Below are positions 1 to 11,100 of a stretch of 62,738 nucleotides of DNA, piece after piece. Made by a program: the position numbers and the translations under genes. Source of the DNA: Chrysochromulina tobinii (Eukaryota); NCBI GenBank assembly GCA_001275005.1, contig JWZX01003380.1, positions 1 to 62,738 on the forward strand, written 5' to 3'. The notes below the pieces were generated by a model. That model had not been told where the DNA came from. It made no database searches and saw only the letters and a program-made list of their open reading frames with translations. Each line of letters begins with the position of its first letter. Position 1 is the stretch's first letter.

Positions 1-471
1 CTTGCTGCCGCCTAGTTCGTAATCAAGTTGCCCCACGAGGGAACGCGCCCCCCCGTCGGTCCGCGACTAGTGGTGCCTACCCATTGACGCATGCAAGGAA
101 ATATTTGGCATACATGTGTGTCCCAAGACTCCGACGCAAAACTCTCCGCGCTGCCTCCGCTGTCGCGCGAGACGGGTAGTCTCGCGAAAGTCACAAGTCC
201 GTCAGCCACCCGACCGCATTACACAAAGTTATAATAAATATAATCTAAAACGCGATGCACCAGAAATCAAGCCTGTGTGACTGTGGTAATGGCGCGTATA
301 GGGGGGGTACAACGAACCACCCCTCGCCAGGGGGGAGCTCTAGCCGCCCGATGGTCGCTCGGTACCAAGTTGGTAAACTTGAACGTGAACTGACCTTTTC
401 TCTCGGTCCCGGAAATCTTATTTCCAACGCGGAACTTGTTCGCCGCACTCTATAGAAGAACGCGGAAAGCG

Positions 472-1590
472 ATGCCGCCACCACCGCCGCCACCGCCACC
501 GCCCGAGGGCCACGTTGGCATCTACCAACGCACGGAGCCCACGACGGCCTCCTCGAGCGTAGGAGACTTCTCGAAGATGCTCTTCAGCCTTGCAAAGGCC
601 AAGGTCGCTGAGGTGGACGCCAAGTATGATCTGAGCACCGCAGCAGCTGCCGCAGCCGCAGCGGCGGCCACCTCCGTTGCAGCAGCAACCTCCGCAGCGG
701 CTGCCACAGCCGTTTGCAAGGCCCAGGCCGCTGTCAGCGCCGTCGCCACTAGATTAGATTCGATGACGCCACAAGAGCGCGAGAAACTGCTGGCCGCCCG
801 CGCAGTGGTCACCGCACACGTCTTGCAGGTCGTGGGAGGACCCAAGACTCGTGCTGCCGTGTGCGCGGCCGCCACCCTTGCAGCTGTGTCGACTCAGGTC
901 AGCAACAGCAACAGCAGCGGTAGCGGTACCGCCGCCGCACCACCGTCAGCCACCACAGCGGCTGGCGGTGCGCCCCCCGGCTTCTCCGACAGCAGCGGCC
1001 TGACGGAGATATATCTGCTCGAGGTCCTCGCTTCGGTGCCTGCCGGCCACAAGATGCTGGTGCACGTCGACGGCCTCGGCGACTTTCAGGTCACAGTGCC
1101 AGCAGGCGTTGCCGTGGGCGAGTCCTTCACCTTCGAGGCTGAGGCGCCGATCGACAAGCAGCCGTCGGGTGCGCCGATCGAGCCAGTGCCCATGGGCCTA
1201 CCGGTCCAGACGGAGCCACAAGTGCCCATGGGTCTACCGGTTCCTATGGCGGCACAGCCGGTGCCCATGGGCGCGCCCGTTACGTCAGCTGCGCCAGTGC
1301 CCTCGGCCTCGCGATCGGGCGCCGTATCGGTTGCCGCGGCTCTCCCTGCCCAGCTGGGCGTCGCCTCCTCGGTCGCCTCCTCGGTTGGCACTGCGCTTGC
1401 GGCGATGAGCCTGGCGCGCGAGCTAGGCGTCACACCACAGAATGCTTGGGTCGCTGCCCACCAAGGCGCACGGCTCGCCAAAGACCTTGGTGTGACTCCG
1501 AGCGCTGCCGCGAGCGCTGGGATCGCTGCCATGAACCTGCTGGCAGAGATGCAGAAGGAGAGCATCAGCAAGACCGCTCGGAGAACCTAA
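472..1590 (+). CDS. Hypothetical Pro/Ala-rich protein with a small VTVPxGV-type beta module and PVPMG repeats
   Basis: ORF 436-1590 with first ATG at 472 (MPPPPP...). Contains LLEVLASVPAGHKMLVHVDGLGDFQVTVPAGVAVGESFTFE and repeated PVPMGLPV. No family recognised. Confidence 0.6.
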   Translation: MPPPPPPPPPPEGHVGIYQRTEPTTASSSVGDFSKMLFSLAKAKVAEVDAKYDLSTAAAAAAAAAATSVAAATSAAAATAVCKAQAAVSAVATRLDSMTPQEREKLLAARAVVTAHVLQVVGGPKTRAAVCAAATLAAVSTQVSNSNSSGSGTAAAPPSATTAAGGAPPGFSDSSGLTEIYLLEVLASVPAGHKMLVHVDGLGDFQVTVPAGVAVGESFTFEAEAPIDKQPSGAPIEPVPMGLPVQTEPQVPMGLPVPMAAQPVPMGAPVTSAAPVPSASRSGAVSVAAALPAQLGVASSVASSVGTALAAMSLARELGVTPQNAWVAAHQGARLAKDLGVTPSAAASAGIAAMNLLAEMQKESISKTARRT

Positions 1591-2130
1591 GTATGTTGGC
1601 ACGAGTTCACAGCGCCCCCGGCCCTCAGCAGAGACTACTCCGCGACATCATTCCTATGTATGATTGCGTCGTGTCTCCGCGTCTCCCGGGCGACAGATTA
1701 TAGTACGGACGAGGGCCGTTACTTGTATCTTGTTGAATCCGAATGGTAATTTAAAGAACACTCGCAATCATGCTCGCAATACGCGCGAAGATTTGTGCTG
1801 TCGTGCGGGCCGGGGCATATAGCCGGGGTCTTCCGGTAGCCTTAGCCTTGCGGTACGGTTCCGGGGCTTCTGTGGTCAACGAAATGCGTCACACGATTAC
1901 AACACCGGTGACCGGATCGTCGTTCTCGATCGTCCGGCTCCCACCGGGGTCTCGTCCGGTCCGCCCCCCGGGCCCGGCGCCGGTGCGTCCGCGCCATGGT
2001 CGGCGCTCCGCTGGCGCGAGCCGACGAGCGCGGCGAGAATACCGGAGATACCGGCGGCGGCCGCCTTAACGTCCTGCCCGATGGATGACCAGCGCGCGCT
2101 AGGTAAGTGCCCAATCCCCTAACAAAACCT

Positions 2131-3031
2131 CTATTGAACGGCCGCCTTGTTCCTTGCGTGCCACATTTCGCTGATGTAGCCACCCAGCCCAGCCATCCAG
2201 GCTGTGTGGTACGACGCGTGGAGGCAGCGCATGGCGACGCCGCGGTAGAAGACAGCGAAGAAGCCCTTGGCGCGCGCCTCGGCCATGAGCTCAGCTGCGA
2301 CGCCGCCCGGGCTCAGCGGCAGCACACGATGTTTCTGAAGGTTGGCCACGAAGACGTCGAGCGGATGATTAATCGAACAACAAAGGCCGCCAAAGAGACC
2401 TGCGGCGAACGACTCGGCGGCTGAGAGCTTCTCAGGTTGGCCGTTGGCCTTCTTGCGCGCGCGGAGGACACGCTCGAAGAGCTCCTTGCCGTAAAAGCGC
2501 ATCCCCCAGTCGATGCCGCGCCGGACAACGGTCGCGCTTGTGCCCTTGAACACAGTCTGCACGCCTTCGGTCTTGATCACTTGCGCAATCAAGCCGGTCG
2601 ACATGGCACCCGCCTCAGGGTTGGTAGCGATCATGGACTTGAGCCGCTGGGTCGGTGCCACAAAGGCGCCTTGCACCATGCCTGCCGCGACTCCCGCGCC
2701 GACGCCTGCGTATCGCTGGTCCCAGCCGCTACTGACGAGCCGCCTTTTGACGACGTCTTGCGTGAAGAGCACCGGCACGCCCTTGTACAAACCCTGCAAT
2801 GCGCCGTAGGGGAAGAAGCCCTTGTAAAACCCAGCAATCCCAAGCTGCTGCCACATGTGCCGCGCAGCCGCGCCGTAGCTTGGGTATGTGCCCGCCTGTC
2901 GCTGCACCTTGAGCATCTCAAGCCAGTGGCCGCCCATCATCATCTCGCCAAGTGTGGTGACTGGCCCAATGATGAGCTTGTCATAGGGAGCGCCCGCGAT
3001 CTGTGTGGGAGGTTGGGCGCGGGTGAGCCAT
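2131..3031 (-). CDS. Mitochondrial carrier family (SLC25) protein, YHM2-like
   Basis: Three carrier repeats with signature-like motifs (HWLEMLKVQ, PTQRLKS, HPLDVFVANLQ) and GFYKG/VFKG/FYRG. The frame is open upstream of 2943 (QIAGAPYDKLIIGPVTTLGE). The ATG at 3031 is one base out of frame, so either a +1 homopolymer error near 3015-3017 or an intron acceptor at 3001. Confidence 0.85.
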
Positions 3032-3519
3032 GGTTTTCATTCGTTCAGGCGCAGCCGCGATCGTGCGAACCTCAGCCGCGGGCATGAAAATGCTCTTGTG
3101 AAGCAAACCGAGCGCGCCCCACACACCCACAACAAGCAATCACTATGACGAAGTACCGAAGCTTGCTTGCTGCACATCTCCACCAGTCTCAACGGACGAC
3201 TCCGCACCCCTCGATCAACATTTTAGTTTCACATCACATCACTTCGCGGCGCCGCTCGTGTGGGACGTCGCTCCGGGCACCGCGCGGGCGGAGACACTGC
3301 ACGAATCCCAATCCGGCAACCATGATGCTGCCTCAGCGTCGTTGCAAAGAGCCCCACCGCGCATCACATGACGTGGCACGCGGACGGCCCCGCCCTTTGT
3401 CCCTTACGGGACAACACCATGGACATTACGCGCACTTTCACGTCGCCCGGATGCGCTCTGCGTCACGAAAACGGCCACTTCGCCCCCTGCACGGGCTGCC
3501 TTTCTCTGGTCCCCTGATA

Positions 3520-5829
3520 TCAGATCTGGTCCCCTTTGGGATCCCATTTGCTCTGGGTACCTCCGCGTGGCGTACCACCCACGGTACCGCCGCTCTCCCT
3601 TTGAGCCACCATCGCTCCTTGGCGCGCACGGTCGAGCCGCTCATTGTAGCGCGAGGCCTTTGGAGATGGCAGCTCCTTTGTCGGCATGTTGGGCGGTGCC
3701 CCAGGTACCTCGGTGGGCTCCATAGGCACGCTGGGTTGTGGGCTCCGGCGCAGGGTCGTTGGCGCATCGTGCATGAACAGTGCCAGTGCTTCCTCATACT
3801 CCTCCTCCCTTTTCCGAAGGGTGACGGGGTCATCAGATCGGTCATCGTGCCAAATGCGGCACGCACCGACGATGATTCCGTCGGCGCATGCAATCGTCAC
3901 CAGGTTGATCCGGCCGTACATGGTGACCAGCGTGTTGAGCGAGGACAAGATCTGAAGCGACTTCAGCCATCCCCAAAACGCGTCCAACTGCCGCTCGAGC
4001 ATCCTCTGGATGTAGGGGTCGCCGAAAGTCATCAAGTACCACAAGTAGATCACCCCGGCCACGAGAGAGGCGAAGAGCCAGCAGTTGGCTCGGTACGAGG
4101 CACACCGCATCAGCTGGCTCACGTGCCGGGCCGACTGGGGCGCTCGTAGATCGACGGTGGTGAGCCCTGGGCGAAAGAAGTCGATCACGCGTTCGGGGAG
4201 GCCGAGCGTGAAGCACACGGCGGGCCAGACTCCCAGCGGCGTCCAGACAGTCAGAGAGCAAGCATACAAAGCCAGGGCGAGGGTGAATCCCATACCCGAC
4301 ATGGTCTGCGAGACGAGCGCCAGCATGGCGACAAGGCTGGGCATGCCCGCGCCGACCAGCAGCACAGCGAACCATGCTGGCCAGCGGCTGTGGGAAAGCA
4401 CGTGCTTGGTGAGCAACGCCGAGCGGGCGACACCCATTGCGAGGCTGATGCAGGTAGGCAAGATGTGCATGATCACGTAGGTTACCTGCGAGGCAATGAT
4501 TGTCGTCAAGAGACCGAACGACGCCGTACTCGCTGCGCCGGAAACCACTGTAAGGAACGTTGCGAGCTGCAGGCACTGTAACTGCACGGACTGCCGCTGC
4601 TCGTTCGGGTCGCACAAGGCGGTGAAGTTCAACCCCTGCCCCCCCCCTTGCAACGTGTACGGTGCACGAGGGCCGCAGTCGGCGCAATCGTTGCCAAACG
4701 CGCATAGCACGGCCTCAGCCCCCGGGCCGCCGTCGGAGCAGGTGCCGTCACGATTCCCGTCGAAGTCGGTTAAGGAACGAGGGCCGCAGTCGGCGCAATC
4801 GGTGCCAAAAAAGCAACCTGAGAACTCAGCCCCCGGCCCGCCGTCGGAGCAGATGCCGTCACGATTCCCGTTCAAGAGTATATTGTTTACGAATCCGGTG
4901 CAGTTGTTCAAGCAAATCGGTGGCAGCGTGCCGAAACTGTTGCCGATTTGCGTGCCGAAACTTCTTGTGGTGCAATTGTTGATGCAAATCGGTTCGATGA
5001 CCAAGGTGATCACCGGAAGGTTCCGTAGAGCCTGTACCATGGCGTCGTCGTCCAGTTTGCCGCCGCCACCGAGCGTGTCTAACGCTTGTGTACAGAGGCT
5101 GTCGCCAACAACGACTTGTTGATCCTCAGTGAGCAGCGACATCAGCGGGCTGCGAACAACCGACTTTAGGGTGGTGTTGACACAAAGCTGCTGCGCTACA
5201 GCCGCCACGTCGACGAAGGTGGCGACGGGGAAGCAGAAGCGCGTAAAGATCGGCAAACCCGTCGTGCACATCAGAGCGGTGGCAAGAAACTTTGCTCCTC
5301 GCCGGAGAGAAGGCCAGAGGACGAGAGCCGCAATGGCGAGCACGCTCCCTAGCACGAGCCCACACGCCTCTAGAATCGAGATTGCGAACGAAGCGCGGTA
5401 GATGGACTCGAGTTCGGTCTGCGCCGCGCTCAGCTGCTGCCATCTGTCGCCGAAGAATGCAGCGAACCAAGCATCCTGATCAGAATAGTCCGCCGAGACA
5501 CTGATGATCGTCAGCAAAGCAGACAAAGCCATCACGGGTGAGGTGATCATCAGGACGGAGTGCCGCCACGCGAGGTACCCTTGCGCGGTCGGGCCCAATG
5601 GAGAGCCACTGTTCGCAAACACAACCTGCTCGTGCTTCATCAGAGGTGTGCCGAGCAAGAGGTCTCCATCGCAGCATACTCGAAATATGTGCCACACTGG
5701 CAAGCCGTAGATGGATTTGCGGCGCTGCGGTAGCTGCGCGTCGCTCGCGACTTTCACGCTCGGCATGTATGGCGTCTGCCGGACGTCGTTCGGTCTCGGC
5801 GCCTGCATCTCAACTTGCGCATCCGCCAT
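3520..5829 (-). CDS. Multi-pass membrane protein with two Cys-rich CSDGGPG...DCADCGPR repeats in a probable extracellular loop
   Basis: Long ORF with likely start MADAQVEM at 5829. Many hydrophobic segments and a 37-aa Cys-rich repeat present twice. Confidence 0.75.
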   Translation of the reverse strand: MADAQVEMQAPRPNDVRQTPYMPSVKVASDAQLPQRRKSIYGLPVWHIFRVCCDGDLLLGTPLMKHEQVVFANSGSPLGPTAQGYLAWRHSVLMITSPVMALSALLTIISVSADYSDQDAWFAAFFGDRWQQLSAAQTELESIYRASFAISILEACGLVLGSVLAIAALVLWPSLRRGAKFLATALMCTTGLPIFTRFCFPVATFVDVAAVAQQLCVNTTLKSVVRSPLMSLLTEDQQVVVGDSLCTQALDTLGGGGKLDDDAMVQALRNLPVITLVIEPICINNCTTRSFGTQIGNSFGTLPPICLNNCTGFVNNILLNGNRDGICSDGGPGAEFSGCFFGTDCADCGPRSLTDFDGNRDGTCSDGGPGAEAVLCAFGNDCADCGPRAPYTLQGGGQGLNFTALCDPNEQRQSVQLQCLQLATFLTVVSGAASTASFGLLTTIIASQVTYVIMHILPTCISLAMGVARSALLTKHVLSHSRWPAWFAVLLVGAGMPSLVAMLALVSQTMSGMGFTLALALYACSLTVWTPLGVWPAVCFTLGLPERVIDFFRPGLTTVDLRAPQSARHVSQLMRCASYRANCWLFASLVAGVIYLWYLMTFGDPYIQRMLERQLDAFWGWLKSLQILSSLNTLVTMYGRINLVTIACADGIIVGACRIWHDDRSDDPVTLRKREEEYEEALALFMHDAPTTLRRSPQPSVPMEPTEVPGAPPNMPTKELPSPKASRYNERLDRARQGAMVAQRESGGTVGGTPRGGTQSKWDPKGDQI
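4666..4871. repeat. Intragenic tandem duplication, period 111 nt, encoding the Cys-rich repeat
   Basis: acgagggccgcagtcggcgcaatcg...gccgtcacgattcccgt occurs at 4666-4760 and 4777-4871. Confidence 0.9.
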
Positions 5830-5959
5830 GGTACGTGCGGTACCGTGCAACACAACTGTGCAACCATTGTGCAGCCCTTTTGAAGATAGAGGCAAACTTT
5901 GATGACGACGAACGCGCGGGGGCGCCGCCGACGAGAGATTCCTCATAAGGAGGACGGAA

Positions 5960-7167
5960 ATGATGTCGAGTATCGGGCCTTTCGTGATGATCGCCACTGG
6001 CATCGTGCGCGTGCCGCTCACGCACGAGATGACGCTCATGTCACCGAGTGGCGCTACGCTTCACTCGCTCGTTGGCAAGAGCGGCACCTTCCTCGCTTAC
6101 GAGCGCGCGAAGTTGGCCGCCAAGTACGGCCTCAACGCTGGGCCAGTCTCCGTAAACCTCACCGACTTCCTGAATGCGCAGTATTACGGCCCCCTGGATA
6201 TTGGTACGCCAGCGCAGTCCTTCAAGGCCGTCTACGACACCGGCTCGTCAAATACCTGGATTCCGGGTAAGAACTGCCCCGTTGAAAAGCGCGACAAGTA
6301 CCACAGTGAGAAGAGCTCGACATACCACTACAACGGCTCGAAATTTGAGATCCAGTATGGCAGTGGCGCCGTCGAGGGCGTGATCGATGCCGACGACGTC
6401 TCGATCGGCGGCTTGGTTGCGACGCAGCACCTCTTCGCCGAAACGACGCAAGAGCCGGGCCTCTCGTGGGAAGTGGGTCGATTTGACGGCATCCTCGGCT
6501 TCGGTTGGCCTGAGATCAGCGTGAACAAGATCCCGCCTTACTTCCACGTGCTGATTGCGCAGAGCAAGGTGGAGGAGCCCGTCTTCTCCTTCTACTTCGG
6601 CTCCACCACTGGCGAGAAGCCGCAGGTCGGTGGCGAGCTCTCGCTGGGTGGCACCGATCCCGCGCATTACACAGGGAAGCTCGAGTACATCCCTGTGTCA
6701 AAAAAGGGCTATTGGCAGATCGCGGCGGGCAACCTAACCGTCGGCAAAGAGACAGTGATTGGCGGCGACTTCGAGGTCGTTCTGGACACGGGCACGAGCC
6801 TGCTGGCACTGCCCTTGCGCGAGGCGGTCGAGATCAACTCGAAGCTCGGTTGCGTTGACATTGGCATCGAGTGCGAATTCATCAGGCCCAACCCCGACGA
6901 CCCGAGCTCGACGTGCCCTGACCCGAAGACGCTGCCGAGCCTGTCAATCGAGCTCGGCGGCAAGGTGTACACGCTCTCGGGCGAGGACCTGCTCGTCAAG
7001 ATCACGCAGGCCGGTCAGACGGTCTGCTTGAGTGGCATTATGGGGTTCCCCGGACCCCTTCCGGGTGGATTGAAGGCAATCCTCGGTGACGTGTTCCTCA
7101 AAAGTGTTACGCCACGTTTGATGTGGGCAAGGTGCGCGTGGGCCTTGCGCCGGCAGCTCATGCTTGA
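5960..7167 (+). CDS. Pepsin-family aspartic protease, cathepsin D-like (one frameshift near the C-terminus)
   Basis: Motifs QYYGPLDIGTPAQ, DTGSS, FEIQYGSG, FDGILG, DTGT and ILGDVFL. One A is missing in the run at 7100-7103; restoring it gives the canonical ending KKCYATFDVGKVRVGLAPAAHA* at 7167. Confidence 0.93.
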
Positions 7168-8114
7168 TTAGGTCTCACCGAAAGGGCAAGGGCTCGTATG
7201 TGTGTACGATGATCGCTGCCGAGGCATCAACACGACAGGGAGCGGGAGGGGCGTCGTGCGCCCCTGTGGTCGCGCGCCCCTGGTGGTTGGTGCTTAAGGT
7301 TGGTGCGGTACCGCACTGAGTTCAAAATCAGGTCGCGGGTGGGCGGCGGATATCGTAATGTTTGAATCGGCCCCGCGTTTTAAGCCCTCCGTAACGTGTT
7401 CCCCTTCGGACGTCCGCTCGTCCGGTCAATCGAATTACAATTTTCCGACTCGGCGGTTGTCGACCAAATCAGTCGCGGCAAGCGAGTATAGGAGCGCTTT
7501 CGATCCGGTTAGGACCAAGGACGGTGGAGGGTGTGGGTTACGCGTCTTTCGCGGACTGGGACGCGTGACGGTTTCGTTATGCGTTGTCTGAATCTTAGAT
7601 AACGTAACGGGCGGGAGCACCGCAAGTCCGCCGCGCTCGTGCGCGACCGTGCGCTCGGCACCCCAGCGCGCAGACCCCTGAGCGCGGTGCAGCTTTGAGT
7701 TCGCCGCGCCGGCGCGGCGGCCGCCCGCCCCGACGCCCCGGAGGCGAGGCGCGCGGCGCCGGGTGCGGCGCGGCAGCGGGGCCGCGCTGTCGGTGGCTGC
7801 TGCCGTGCTGGCGTGGGGCTGTCCGGCTGTGGCCTGTACGGACTACGGAGGCCCCGGCAGCGCGCTTGACATGGCTCCTGGGTTCTGGGAGGCATGAATG
7901 CGTTGTGGTGTCAGCGTGATGGTTGCTTCACGATCACACGTATCCGCGCAAAAATCCATCCATACGATACGTGACCCGGTGTACATGTGTGTGTATCCGT
8001 GACATGCTGCCTCTCAACACTCAGTCACTCATCTCACATGTGTGCCGCAGGCTCGCCCGCCCCTTTGGCTCGTCGGTTTCGCATGCACTGTGACTCGGAT
8101 CCAACCTCTCGGCT

Positions 8115-11100
8115 CTAGAGCAGTGCAAGCATGGTCGTCGACGGCGACGTTGAACAATGTCCATACCACCTACCCCTCATCGGGATCACTCGTGCCGGCC
8201 AGCCCTGCCACGTGGCTCCCCTTGCGACAACGTCTCCTGGGATGACAAGCGTATGCTCGAGCAGCCTGGCGCCTGCCGACACTAAAGAATGGTTCATCAC
8301 ACGCGTGCCCGATCGCAGCGTCGAATTCTTTTGGATCTCGATAGTCGCGAGCTCAAAATAGCCGCCATTATTATTGTGGCATACGATCGTCGAAGCATTG
8401 ACGCAGACGTTGTCGCCGATCTCGACAAGGTCGGGCTCTGGCAGAATCAGTCCACTGCCCAGGGGTATTAGGCAGACATCCGTGCCGATGGTCGCTCCCA
8501 AGGCTCGGTGGAACATGACAAAGTAGTAAGAGCCGCCGAAGAAGTGTTCCATCGGGGGCCCTCCGGCGAGCAGTGGGAACCAGAGCTTCCACCTGATGAG
8601 GTACGTCGATTGATCCCACGCGTGCTGGCCGGGCGTGCGTTGGCCGATGAACAGCCACTTGCTCGCGATGACAACCATCAGCCCAATCGCGTCGATGGCC
8701 GTCGAGGCGATGATAGCCGCCACAACCACGATCAGCACGGCCGATGGTGCAGAGAGGTGCTCATGGAAGTGATCTTCGCCTGCAAGGATGAGCGCGCATC
8801 CGATCGGGAGCTTGCAGGCATAGAGCATCGCCCAGAAAGCAGCAACGAGCATGTGATAGCTGACAATGGCCGTAGGGCTTGGCACGCCCCGCAGGAAGCT
8901 CCCTGCCGGCTCTCGGGGAGAACGCGCCGGCTCGCTGTGACTATGAACGCTGCCCTCTTCAAGAAGGTAGGAGCGGTGCGGCTCCACATACGCACGCCCA
9001 GTCGCGCGTTTGCGGAGCCCGTCCACGTCACCGAAAGTCGACCCGAAAGGCCGTAGCGTGCTTGAGTCTCCGATGAGCGCGTTCGGGTCGGTCTTCATCG
9101 GCGGCATGCATTCGCCGGCATCATTGAAGTCGTGGAAGGTGTAGCCGCCTTCGATGACCACTGTGCTGCCGCCAGTCGACCCGACCGTCTTGCTCATGGG
9201 CTCAAAGTGTGCGTGCGCGGGGGCGAGCGAGCCGCTGCCGAGTGTCGCGTTCCGTCCAAGGACAACTCCCGGCAGCACGACGCATCGGTCGGCGACCATC
9301 GAGCCCGCGTGGAGCGTCACTGGCGCAAGCTCGCGCGTGTCCGAGCACATGATCTGCGAGCGCGAACCAAAGGTGACGTCGTCACCGACCGTCAACAGGT
9401 CAAACTCGACCACGTCGGGCATCACGCCTGGCCAGAAGACGCGCTTGCCCACGCTGGTGCCGAGGAGGCGCATCGCCATCGAGACACCGCCCCAATGGCG
9501 CCCGAGGAGCGCCTGCACGCCACAGAGATCGGCCGTTCGGTGGCGCCCAATCTGCATCACCTCGCGCATCAGCCAGATTTGGAAGCGCTCCCACGGCCCC
9601 TTGGGGCTAGGGCGGAAGCGGCCGATGACGAGTCGCTTGACGAGGATCACGGCGCCGAAGTGCACGAACGGGCGCACAAGAGCGCGCAAGACGACGCCTG
9701 CAAAGAGAAGCTGCAGCCGCGCGGGATCGATCCACCAGACCATCTGGATGATCACGTGCTGGTAAATCAAGTCTCCGCGCGTCGAGTCGCAGCGGGAAGC
9801 GTGCTTCCAGCAGTAAGCGTCGTGCTTCGAGTACGCCGGGCACTGCATCGCAAGCATCACGAACAGAGGCAGCCATACGCTGGCACGAGCCGACGCGACG
9901 AACGCCTTGCACGGCCAGCCAACGAGCACCTTCCTCCACAGCGCCGGCTCGCCCATCCAGTCGCTCTTCGCGCGGCAGAAGCGCGCAAATTCGGGAGAGG
10001 CATCCGCGAGCTCGTGGGATGAGCTCAGCGGGCCGATGCAGGTGCCGTCTGGGAGCACCGCCCCAGGAGCGATGTGGGTGGAGGAGCAGACCACACAGTC
10101 GTCGCCCACGACCACAGGCTCCATGAGGAGCGTGCCGTCGTCGGCACAGACGGCCGTGACATGAGCAGTCGAGTCTAGGCAGGCGCGCGCGCCAATGGTG
10201 ATCAGATCGGCGGCCCTCGCCACCTCAAACATCGTCAGGCCACTGATGCTCACGTCCGGGCCAATCGACGCGCCGAGCAGACGCAAGTAGACTCGTCGCA
10301 TCAGAGGCGTCGAGAGGAAGAGAGACCCTGGTCCGCACAGATAGAGTACGCGCGTGGTGAGCCACCAGCGCAGATAGTACCCTCCCCACAGCTCGTGGCG
10401 GCCTGCCACGCAGCGGCCGAGGACGACCCATTTGAATGCAATTCCAACGAGCGGCAGCAAGGTCGACGAGAGAACGGCGAAGACGGTGATGTGCGCGATG
10501 ACGAAGGCGGTAGCGAAGCCTTTAGGGGAGGAGTTCTCGGTGTGACCGAGGTAATGACGCGCCAGCACGAGGATGAACATGAATGTAGAAAACTTCAGCA
10601 TGATGATCGCAGGATGGATGAGAACTGCGGGCAACGCTTGAATGAAGAGCGGCCAGAACCGGGTCGAGCGGACAGGTTGTGGCTGCTGCGGGTCGGATTC
10701 ATCGTCGCTGTTCACGGTATTCCCAGAAGGCACCGAACCGTTCTCCGTCGACCCTTTGTCGGCGAATTGCAGTGCCGCATCCACCTCCTCGGCGATGCGC
10801 CGGAGGGAGCGTTTCAAAAAGACCGTGCCGACGGCCACGCGCACGCCGTACTGCTCGTTGATCTGCGAGCAGAGCTGGCCGACGACCAAGCTCGACGCGC
10901 CGTACAGGAGGAGGTCATCGTCGAGGCCTGGTGCCTCCTTCAGTTGCAGCAGCGCCACGTACATCGCGAGCACCCCCGCCTCGATCTCGGTCATCGCATG
11001 CTCCTCGTGCAACGGCCGGGGGGAGGGGCAGGCCTTTTGCTCCTGCTCCGGCACCGCGTCGATGAAAGGAACCGTGCTGATCGGCGAGCTGAGAGGCGCG

